This document shows positions 8,904 to 16,900 of a DNA stretch of 64,000 nt, one piece after another (within the stretch, counting starts at the first letter, position 1; each line of letters starts with the position of its first letter). A program made the position numbers and the translations under genes. The notes beneath the pieces were generated by a model that worked only from the letters and a program-made list of their open reading frames with translations, did no database searches and was not told the DNA's origin. This DNA comes from Verrucomicrobiota bacterium (lineage in GTDB: Bacteria; Verrucomicrobiota; Verrucomicrobiia; Limisphaerales; Palsa-1400). Location: positions 51,640-115,639 of the forward strand of contig JBEKYR010000003.1 of NCBI GenBank assembly GCA_049510745.1. Reading direction: 5' to 3'.

Positions 8904-9395
8904 TCAGCCAAGGCTCAGCACGGCCAGCACCACCAGGTTGACGTAAACGGCCGCCAGCACGTCGTCCACAGTCACGCCCAGCCCGCCGGGCAGGCTCTGG
9001 CTTTGGCGCACGGGCCACGGCTTGGCCACGTCGAAAAGGCGGAAGAGGATGAAGACACTGATAGTTGACAGCCAGTGCGCGCAGAAATACCCGGGACCGG
9101 GCCAGCGGTGCTCCCGGAGGCAAATCACGGCCAGCCAGCCGGTGAAGCAGAGGGGCATGGCGACGATTTCATCCAGCACCACGCAGCCGGGGTCCTTCCG
9201 GTTGAGGGTCCGTTCCGCCGCGCCGCACAGCCAGATGGAAAGGGCGATGGCGGCGGCGTTCGCGCCCAGGAAGAGCGGCCAGGAGGGCAGTGTCAAGAGC
9301 AGGGCCAGCCAGCCCAAACCGACGAGCGACCCGAACGTTCCCGGCGCCACCGGAATGCGGCCCACGCCGAAGCCCTGGGCAATCCACAGCTTCAT
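8904..9395 (-). CDS. pgpA: phosphatidylglycerophosphatase A
   Basis: GFGVGRIPVAPGTFGSLVG...VVLDEIVAMP...FRLFDVAKPWP...GVTVDDVLAAVY are PgpA motifs. Start ATG 9395 overlaps the pgsA stop (ATGA). The upstream part of the 285-aa ORF is not used. Confidence 0.9.
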   Translation of the reverse strand: MKLWIAQGFGVGRIPVAPGTFGSLVGLGWLALLLTLPSWPLFLGANAAAIALSIWLCGAAERTLNRKDPGCVVLDEIVAMPLCFTGWLAVICLREHRWPGPGYFCAHWLSTISVFILFRLFDVAKPWPVRQSQSLPGGLGVTVDDVLAAVYVNLVVLAVLSLG

Positions 9396-9979
9396 AAATC
9401 CATCATGTAGAGCTTGCGATTGCGCCAGAGATAAATCCCGCCGGAGGTGAAGGTCAGAACCACCGCCACCCAGAGGGAAAGAGTCGTAAACCAGTTGACC
9501 CAGGGTTCCCCGAAGAGATCGATGCCAAACGGTTCGCCCACCACTCCCACCTGCCGGTAGGAGTGCAACACCAGCACGGAAAGGATGGCCACGATTTGCG
9601 AAATCGTCTTGTGTTTGCCGAATCGTTCCGCCGCCAGGACCAGGTTCTTGGACGCGGCCAGCAGGCGCAGCCCAGTGATGGCCAATTCCCGCGCCACCAC
9701 CACGACCACCATCCAGGCCGGCATCCAGCCCCGGCCCACGAACGCGATGAACGCCGAGCAAACCAGGATTTTGTCCGCCAGCGGGTCCATCAAAATGCCA
9801 AAATTGGTGATCAGATTGTCGCGGCGCGCGATCTTGCCGTCAAAATAGTCGGTCAGGCTCGCCGCGCTGAAAAGCAGCAGCGAGAGGGTCTCGTAATAGG
9901 GCGCTCCGGTGAAAATGACGGCCAGGAACGCTCCGGTCAGGACAAAGCGAGAGAGGGTCAATTTGTTCGGAACGTTCAT
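9392..9979 (-). CDS. pgsA: CDP-diacylglycerol--glycerol-3-phosphate 3-phosphatidyltransferase
   Basis: NKLTLSRF...DYFDGKIARRDNLITNFGILMDPLADK is the CDP-alcohol phosphatidyltransferase motif. Confidence 0.95.
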   Translation of the reverse strand: MNVPNKLTLSRFVLTGAFLAVIFTGAPYYETLSLLLFSAASLTDYFDGKIARRDNLITNFGILMDPLADKILVCSAFIAFVGRGWMPAWMVVVVVARELAITGLRLLAASKNLVLAAERFGKHKTISQIVAILSVLVLHSYRQVGVVGEPFGIDLFGEPWVNWFTTLSLWVAVVLTFTSGGIYLWRNRKLYMMDL

Positions 9980-10149
9980 TCAGGCTTCAGATACGAAGCC
10001 GATATAAAGACAGATTCCGTCCGCGAAGCAAAGCAATTCCGCATGGCAATTCCGAATGGGACGCATGCGGGGGCCAAAAATAAAGGGCCAAAAATAAAGC
10101 TTGCATTTTGGCGGGGAACGGGGCAGGTTTCGGTCAGCTTTAGATTGCG

Positions 10150-10226
10150 TTGTCCAATTCCAACATGGTGAATCTTCAAGTGAACTTGGTTCAGTGATGA
10201 TTTGAAACCCGACAGACGGGAACAGT
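10150..10226 (+). promoter_or_regulatory. conserved leader upstream of RRM gene 1 (paralogous to 30215-30292)
   Basis: 49/60 nt identical by hand alignment over 10167-10226 versus the reverse complement of 30215-30274. Two small hairpins: TGAAC-N3-GTTCA and CCCG-N5-CGGG. The substitutions fall in the loops. Confidence 0.6.
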
Positions 10227-10267
10227 TCCGGGAAGCCGCCAGCGATTCTAAAACCATTAGAAGACAA

Positions 10268-10579
10268 ATGAATACGAAATTGTACGTGGGAAATCTTTCC
10301 TTCGACACCACCGAGAACGATCTGCAAGATCTGTTCCAGCAGCATGGCCCCGTTTCCGAGGTGAATCTTATCACCGACCGCATGAGCGGCCGCTCGCGCG
10401 GCTTCGCCTTTGTGACCATGGCCACGCCGGAAGGCGCCCAGGCCGCCATTCAAGCCCTGGCGGGCAAGGATGTGCAGGGCCGCGCCTTGACCGTCAATGA
10501 AGCGCGTCCGCGCGAAGAGAACGCCCCTCCCCGAGGCGGTGGTGGCGGCGGCCAGCGCCGTCAGTACTCACGCCGTTAA
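10268..10579 (+). CDS. RRM-domain RNA-binding protein with Gly/Arg tail
   Basis: RNP2 LYVGNL and RNP1 RGFAFVTM. 103 aa from ATG 10268. Confidence 0.9.
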   Translation: MNTKLYVGNLSFDTTENDLQDLFQQHGPVSEVNLITDRMSGRSRGFAFVTMATPEGAQAAIQALAGKDVQGRALTVNEARPREENAPPRGGGGGGQRRQYSRR

Positions 10580-10738
10580 TCCGGCTTTTCGCCGGCCTGA
10601 CCGTTTGCGCGGCCAGGCCGGTCCTCTCCCTGTTTCGCATTTTTCGGGCCGTCGCGCCCGTTCCGCCCGTTATCCAGACACGCCTCCGGCTTAACTTGGG
10701 GATTGTCACCCCGCGCCGGGCCTTGTAAGGCTGCATCC

Positions 10739-12991
10739 ATGAACGTGGATTGGCCTGATGCCCGCGAGAGCTTTGACCGCTGGTTTTCGGCCGGGCGCCT
10801 CCTGCTGCTCCTGGGGCTGATGCTCCTGATCTTCTTCCCGGACATCGTTCTGGGCACCCATGCTTTCTTTTACCGGGACGCGGGCCTTTTCAGCTATCCG
10901 GTGGCCTATTATTTGCATGACAGTCTGCGGAGCGGGCAATGGCCGCTGTGGAACCCCTTCAACAACTGCGGCCTGCCGTTTCTGGCCCAATGGAACACGC
11001 TGGCCCTGTATCCGCCGTCCATTCTTTATCTCCTGTTTCCCCTGCCTGGGTCGCTCAATGTCTTCCTGCTGGCGCATGTGTTTCTGGCCGGCGCCGGGAT
11101 GTACGCGCTGGGGCGGCGCTGGTTCGGGACGCGCTTCGGCGCCAGCGTGGCGGGGCTGGCGTTTGCCTGGAACGGGCTGACCTTGCATTGCCTGATGTGG
11201 CCGTGCCACATCGCCGCCCTGGCCTGGATGCCGTGGGTCATTCTGTGGTGCGACCGGGCGGCGAAGGAAGGCGGACGGGCGCTTGTTTGGGCCGCGCTGT
11301 GCGGCGCCTGCCAGATGACGACCGGCTCGCCCGAACTGATCCTGTTCACCTGGCTGATCGCCGCCGCCAATTTTTTATGCGACACCGTTTGGCGGAAGGG
11401 GAAATTCCTGGCCGGCGCCGGGCGGCTGGTGTTTCTGGTGTTGATGGTCAGCGCGCTCAGCGCCGCCCAACTGCTGCCGTGGCTGGAGTTGCTGGCACAG
11501 GGCGACCGCTCCAGTTCTTTCGGCGGAGGCGACTGGTCCCTGCCGCCGTGGGGCCTGGCCAATTTTCTCGTGCCGCTCTTTCACTCGCAAGGCTCCGTGA
11601 CGGGGGTCTTCATGCAGGGGGAGCAGCAATGGACCTCGTCGTATTACGTCGGCATCCTGCCCCTGCTCCTGGCGCTGCTGGCGGCGGCGAGGTGGCGGCG
11701 GGAACGGGTCGCGCTGCTGGCCGCGCTGGCGCTGGGCGGGGTTCTGCTGGCGTTCGGCGACGCCGGGGTTCTTCTTGACATTCTCAGGCGCGCCTGTCCG
11801 CTGCTGGGCTACATCCGCTACCCGGTGAAATTCATCGTCCTGACCGTCTTTTGCCTGTCGTTGCTGGCCGGGGCGGGCGCGGCCTGGCTGCAAAGCCAGC
11901 CGTTCCCGGCCGGGCGCCGCGGCCTGGCGTTGCCGGGCGCGTGGCTGGCCCTGGGGATCCTGCTGGTCCTGGCGGTCGGCGTCCGCTTCCCGTTTCCGTC
12001 CGATTCCACGAGCGCCCTCCGGCTCAACGCGCTGGGGCGGCTGCTTTTTCTGGCGGCGGGAATTTTGGTGTTGACGTTAATGGGCGGAACGGCCCGGCCG
12101 TCCCTGCGCATCCTGGCGGCGTTCGCATTCCTGGTCTTGACAGGAGTGGACGCCGGCACGCACGCGCCGCGGCAGAATCCGACCGTGGTGGCGCGGGCCT
12201 ACGACGATTACCCGCCGCCCATGAGCCGGCTGCCGCGCCTGGGCGAGTCGCGCGCCATGCTCAGCCCTGCCGCGGAGGAGACGATGGAGCACCTGGTCAA
12301 TCCCGACCCGCTTCGTTTCTACCTGGGGCAGCGGGCCGAGCTGTTCAGCGATTGCAACCTGCTCGAGCGTATTCCCAAAGTGGATGGCTTCTTCAGTTTG
12401 CACCTGGTCTGGCAGCAAAAGGTGGCCGGCTTGTTGCGCGCCGGAAAAGCGCCGCCGCAACTGGCTGAATTTCTCGGCGTTTCCCAAATCGCCTCGCCGG
12501 CGCGCCTTTTCACGTGGGAGGCGCAAACCAACTTCATGCCCCTGGCCACCATGGGCCAGCAACCGGTCTTCGTCGAGGACAGCGCGGCTTTGGCGGCGGT
12601 GGGATCGGCCGGGTTTTCGCCGCGTCAAACGGTGTATTTGCCCGCCGCCGCGCGCGGCCAGGTGCGGGCGGGGGCCGGGGCGGGCGCGCGCGTCCTCTCC
12701 AGCCGGGTGACTCCGTCGGAGTGCGTATTTAAAACCGTGGCGGACGCGGGGGCCATGCTGGTGGTGGCGCAATCGTATTATCGTTGTTGGAAAGCGACGG
12801 TGGACGGGGAGCCGGCGACGCTCTGGCGGGCCAACTACGCGTTTCAGGCGGTGGAAGTTCCCGCGGGCCGGCACGAAGTGCGGCTGGTCTATGCGGATCG
12901 CGCCTTTTGGTTTGGCGCGGGCATTTCGACAGCCGCCCTGGTCCTTTGCCTCGCCGGAGCGCTCAGGAGAAGGATGAAGTTTGAAGGATGA
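10739..12991 (+). CDS. YfhO-like polytopic membrane protein (putative glycosyl/lipid transferase)
   Basis: Many TM helices. N-terminal FFYRDAGLFSYPVAYYLHDSLRSGQWPLWNPFNNCGLPFLAQW matches the YfhO family pattern. The ORF opens at 10703. The stop lies in a GAAGGAT heptamer array. Confidence 0.75.
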   Translation: MNVDWPDARESFDRWFSAGRLLLLLGLMLLIFFPDIVLGTHAFFYRDAGLFSYPVAYYLHDSLRSGQWPLWNPFNNCGLPFLAQWNTLALYPPSILYLLFPLPGSLNVFLLAHVFLAGAGMYALGRRWFGTRFGASVAGLAFAWNGLTLHCLMWPCHIAALAWMPWVILWCDRAAKEGGRALVWAALCGACQMTTGSPELILFTWLIAAANFLCDTVWRKGKFLAGAGRLVFLVLMVSALSAAQLLPWLELLAQGDRSSSFGGGDWSLPPWGLANFLVPLFHSQGSVTGVFMQGEQQWTSSYYVGILPLLLALLAAARWRRERVALLAALALGGVLLAFGDAGVLLDILRRACPLLGYIRYPVKFIVLTVFCLSLLAGAGAAWLQSQPFPAGRRGLALPGAWLALGILLVLAVGVRFPFPSDSTSALRLNALGRLLFLAAGILVLTLMGGTARPSLRILAAFAFLVLTGVDAGTHAPRQNPTVVARAYDDYPPPMSRLPRLGESRAMLSPAAEETMEHLVNPDPLRFYLGQRAELFSDCNLLERIPKVDGFFSLHLVWQQKVAGLLRAGKAPPQLAEFLGVSQIASPARLFTWEAQTNFMPLATMGQQPVFVEDSAALAAVGSAGFSPRQTVYLPAAARGQVRAGAGAGARVLSSRVTPSECVFKTVADAGAMLVVAQSYYRCWKATVDGEPATLWRANYAFQAVEVPAGRHEVRLVYADRAFWFGAGISTAALVLCLAGALRRRMKFEG

Positions 12992-13176
12992 AGGATGAAG
13001 TCCTGATTGCGGGCGCCGCAGTGACCCTGACCGGCCTTGACTGAGAGAGCGAATAGATGAATTAGTGAATGAGTGAATCAGTGAATGGACTGCATGGACT
13101 GCACGGACTGGGCCGCCGCCGTTGCCTTGATTTGACCAGCCTTGACGAGCCTTGACTGACCTTGACTGACCTTGAT
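12969..13176. repeat. cluster of short tandem repeats
   Basis: GAAGGAT heptamers at 12969-13000, GAATNAGT octamers then GGACTGCAY 9-mers at 13051-13111, and CCTTGACTGA 10-mers at 13124-13176. Read directly from the sequence. Confidence 0.8.
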
Positions 13177-13248
13177 CCGCCTTCGCTCGCTCGGCGCGAG
13201 CTATGGCGGGCGGGCCGGGGTGGCCCCCTCTGACGGTGGTGGCAGTTT

Positions 13249-13757
13249 TGAGGTTTTTCGTCACTGATCGCAGTCGCCAAATCCGGGCATTTTGTGGATT
13301 TTCATTTTTTGGCCCGATTTAGCCGGATTTACCCGGATTTGTCCGGATTTTTCCGGATTTGTCCGGGTCTTTGAGTTCGTTTTCCGGGTTGAATCCGGCA
13401 TTTTTTGCCGCTTTTGGGGGTAGTATCTGGTGCTGGCGGCGCATGGCGTTTGCGTTTGAAGCGGTCCAGGAGTGAGTTTTTGCGTCAAGTTTGGCACCTG
13501 GAAATGACGGCCAATGTTGCATACGAGGGCGAGCGTCCAAGGGTTGACTGGCTTGATTAGTGAGGCAATGGGACCAAGGCGACGAATGCGACGAATGCGA
13601 CGAATGGCTGATGCGATGGAAAAGGTCTGCGATCCACGGGCCGGTGTTGACCGGGCCGCACTGCGCACTTTGCCTGTTGCATGTATCATTCATGCTGGCT
13701 CGATTTAAGCACAGGTCTATCAAGAGGAAAAACCTACGGAAGGAAAAAAAAGCGAAT
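13249..13757. repeat. ~0.5-kb non-coding element, copy 1 (paralog at 61188-61663, same orientation)
   Basis: Collinear with copy 2 by hand alignment. The left block (CCGGATTT array) and right block (13634-13757, 4 mismatches in ~124 nt) are near-identical and the centre is diverged. Two indels, of 15 and 18 nt. Confidence 0.85.
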
Positions 13758-13828
13758 CAACATCTGAGGAGCCCTTTATGCTCAAGACCAGGCGGGGCTG
13801 AAAAGGCTCCCCGGCGCGCGTTCGTTTC

Positions 13829-13858
13829 TTGACAATTCAGTCCCATTCTGAGAGAAAT
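13829..13858 (+). promoter_or_regulatory. candidate sigma70-type promoter of the Ig/NHL gene
   Basis: TTGACA (13829-13834), an ~18-nt spacer, then AGAAAT, about 50 nt upstream of ATG 13910. GAGGAGG Shine-Dalgarno sequence 7 nt before the ATG. Confidence 0.3.
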
Positions 13859-13909
13859 TGCCCGGAACAGCACTAAAGAACAAACCATCACAACCTGAGG
13901 AGGCGACGA

Positions 13910-16900
13910 ATGAAACGGGTCCCCAAACAACTGGCGCCCCCGGCGCTTTGCGGGGTGGTGTTCGCGTGGCTGGCCGCTGCGGCGGCCCACGCGCAAACCG
14001 ACCCGGCCATCACCCAGCAACCCGCCGACCAGGCGGTTGTGGTCGGAAGCCAGGTGACACTGACTGTGGGGGTGTCCGGCACGGGCCCCTTTACCTACCA
14101 ATGGCGACTTAACGGCACGAACCTACCGAAAGTCATCACTACTGTGGCGGGCAATGCGAATACCGGTTACTCCGGGGATGGCGGGGCGGCAACCAACGCC
14201 AAGCTGAATTCCCCAGCCGGTGTCGCTATCGACGCCTTCGGCAACTTGTTTATTGCGGATTCGCGAAACAATCGCATTCGCAAAGTGGGAACCAATGGCA
14301 TCATCACCACCGTGGCTGGGAAAACGGCGCCGGGTTCCTCGGGTGATGGCGGCGCTGCCACCAATGCCACCTTGAGCGATCCTTCCGGCGTGGCGGCGGA
14401 CGCCTTCGGCAACGTGTTCATTGCGGATGCAAATAACAACCGCCTCCGCGAAGTCGGAACCAATGGCATCATCGCTACCGTGGCTGGGAAGACGTCGGGT
14501 TTCTCCGGCGACGGCGGCGCGGCAACCAATGCCCAGTTGAATGATCCTTCCGGCGTGGCAGTGGATGCCGCCGGCGACCTGTTCATCGCGGACAGTGTTA
14601 ATAGCCGCATCCGCGAAGTCGGAACGAACGGCATCATCAATACCGTGGCGGGGAATGGCACGAACGGTTTCTCCGGCGATGGCGGGGCGGCAACCAATGC
14701 CAAGCTGAATTCCCCTGCCGGTGTCGCTATCGACGCCTTCGGCAACCTGTTCATTGCGGATACGGGAAACAATCGCATCCGCGAAGTTGGAACCAGCGGC
14801 ATTATCACCACCGTGGCAGGGAAAGCGACGGCGAGTTACTTCGGCGATGGCGGGTTGGCAACCAACGCCAGCTTGAACCGTCCCCAAGGCGTCAGCGTGG
14901 ACGCCTTCGGCAACGTGTTTATTGCGGATACCCAAAACAATCGGATTCGAGAAGTGGCAACCAACGGCATCATCACCACCGTAGTCGGGAATGGCAGCAG
15001 TGGTTACTCGGGCGACGGAGGCAATCCGACCAACACCAGCATTTACGCTCCTCAGGGTCTCAGCGTGGACGCCTTCGGCAACCTGTTCATTGCGGATACC
15101 TATAACAACCGCATCCGCAAAGCTTTCATCCAAGGGCCAACGCTCCAGCTCAATAACATGAGTTCGAACACCGCGGGCGGTTACGACGTGATCGTGACCG
15201 GCGCCAACGGCAGCGTGACCAGCAGCGTGGCGACGGTGACGGTGCTCTTGCCGCCAAGCATCACGGCGCAACCGCAAGCCGTTGCGGCAGTGGGCGGGAG
15301 CGACGTTAGTTTGACAGTGGCGGTGGCGGGCACGGCCCCGTTCGGCTACCAATGGCAGTTCGACGGGACCAATCTTGTGGATAACGGCCAGATAACGGGT
15401 TCGCAGACGAACGCGCTCTCGCTCAGTTCGATCGACCTTACCGATCAAGGCTCCTACGAGGTCATCGTGACCAACGCTTACGGCAGCGTCACCAGCAGCG
15501 TCGCGACGCTGACCTTGCTCCTGCCGCCGAGCATCACCACGCAGCCGCAAGGCGGCACCGCGACGAACGGCAGCAACGTGGCGTTGACGGTGGCTGTTTC
15601 CGGCACCGCCCCGTTCACTTACCAATGGCGGCAGAACGGCGCCAATCTTCCGACGGTCATTACGACAGTGGCGGGCAACGGCGCCAGCGGTTACGCCGGT
15701 GACAACGGGCCGGCGACCAATGCCAGCCTCACTTATGCGACCTCGGTGGCTGTGGATGCCTCCGGCAATTTGTTTATCGGGGATGCGGGCAACTGCCACA
15801 TCCGCAAAGTGAGAACCAACGGTATTATCTCCACGGTGGCGGGAAACGGGAGCGATTTTTACTCTGGGGACGGCGGCGCTGCTACCGGCGCCGGCCTCGA
15901 CCCCTATTGCGTGGTGGTGGACGCCTCCGGCAACCTCTTCGTCGCGGACATGTTTAATAACCGTGTTCGCAAAATCGGGACCAATGGCACTATCTCCACG
16001 GTGGCGGGTGCTGGCACCCAAGGATTCTCCGGCGACGGCGGCGCGGCGACCAGCGCCAAGCTGCGCTTTCCCTGGTGTGCGGCTCTGGACGCTTCGGGCA
16101 ATTTGTTCATCGCCGATAGCGGCAACAACCGCATCCGCAAGGTCACCAACGGCATCATCAATACCGTGGCGGGCAATGGCACCAATGGCTGCTCCGGCGA
16201 TGGCGGGTTGGCAACCAATGCCGCACTGGGCAATCCGGAAGGCGTGACAGTGGATGCCCTGGGCAACCTCTTCATTGCCGATTTTAACAACAATCGCATC
16301 CGCAAAGTGGGGACCAACGGCATCATTACCACGGTCGCGGGCGGCGGCATCGACTACCCGGGCGATGGTGGCGCAGCCACCAATGCCAGCTTGTGCAATC
16401 CCTCGGGTGTGGCGGTGGACGCCTTCGGCAACCTCTTCATTGCGGACGGTGGCGACAACCGCATCCGAGAAGTGACCACCAACGGCGTCATTACCACCGT
16501 GGCGGGCGGCGGAATCCACATCCCCGGCGACGGCGGCGCAGCCACCGGCGCCGCATTATACGCACCCTCTGGCGTGAGCGTCGATGCCGCCGGCGACTTG
16601 TTTATCGCCGATACCGGCAACAACCGCATCCGCGAAGTCCCCATCCCGGGACCGACCCTGGCGCTCCACGGGGTGACGGCTGGGAACGACGGCAGCTACG
16701 ACGTGATCGTGAGCAATGCCTACGGCTGCGTGACCAGTGACGTCGCGGTCCTGACCGTGCAGGGGCCGCCGCCGTCGATTAGTGTTCAACCGCAAGACGG
16801 CCTGGCGGTGGTGGGGGGAACCTTCACCTTGACAGTGGCGGTATCCGGCCCCGGCCCGTTCACCTGCCAATGGCAGGGCAACGGCGTCAATCTTCCCAGC

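Noticed and set aside
8904-9761. 285-aa ORF implying a long N-terminal extension on PgpA.
   Set aside because: The extension is out-of-frame overlap with pgsA and is Gly/Arg-rich. The PgpA homology begins at MKLWIAQGFGVG (ATG 9395), which overlaps the pgsA stop as ATGA.
13430-13495. Possible compensatory base changes (an RNA helix) in the diverged centre of the duplicated element.
   Set aside because: The perfect 6-bp helix GCGCAG/CTGCGC in copy 2 is not maintained at the aligned positions of copy 1, which has two mismatches and two wobbles. Two sequences are too few to claim covariation.
13261-13723. Minus-strand ORFs of 134-142 aa inside the duplicated element. Counterparts are at 61077-61629. 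Two frames stay open in both copies, and both indels are multiples of 3.
   Set aside because: The peptides are low-complexity and basic. In the diverged centre the two copies differ non-conservatively in both frames (HSWTASNANAMRRQHQILPPK versus QIWRGPSADPMLRWHRELPQE), so there is no sign of purifying selection on a protein. The 18-nt indel is just two 9-mer repeat units. There is no convincing RBS. The plus-strand ORF 13560-13832 is interrupted by TGA in copy 2.
14123-16519. 798-aa ORF antisense to the Ig/NHL gene, plus further long antisense ORFs at 16970-17947 and elsewhere.
   Set aside because: This is a mirror-frame artefact of a GC-rich repetitive coding strand. The peptide is Arg/Gly/Ala/His-rich with no motifs, whereas the plus-strand frame has clear NHL and Ig signatures.
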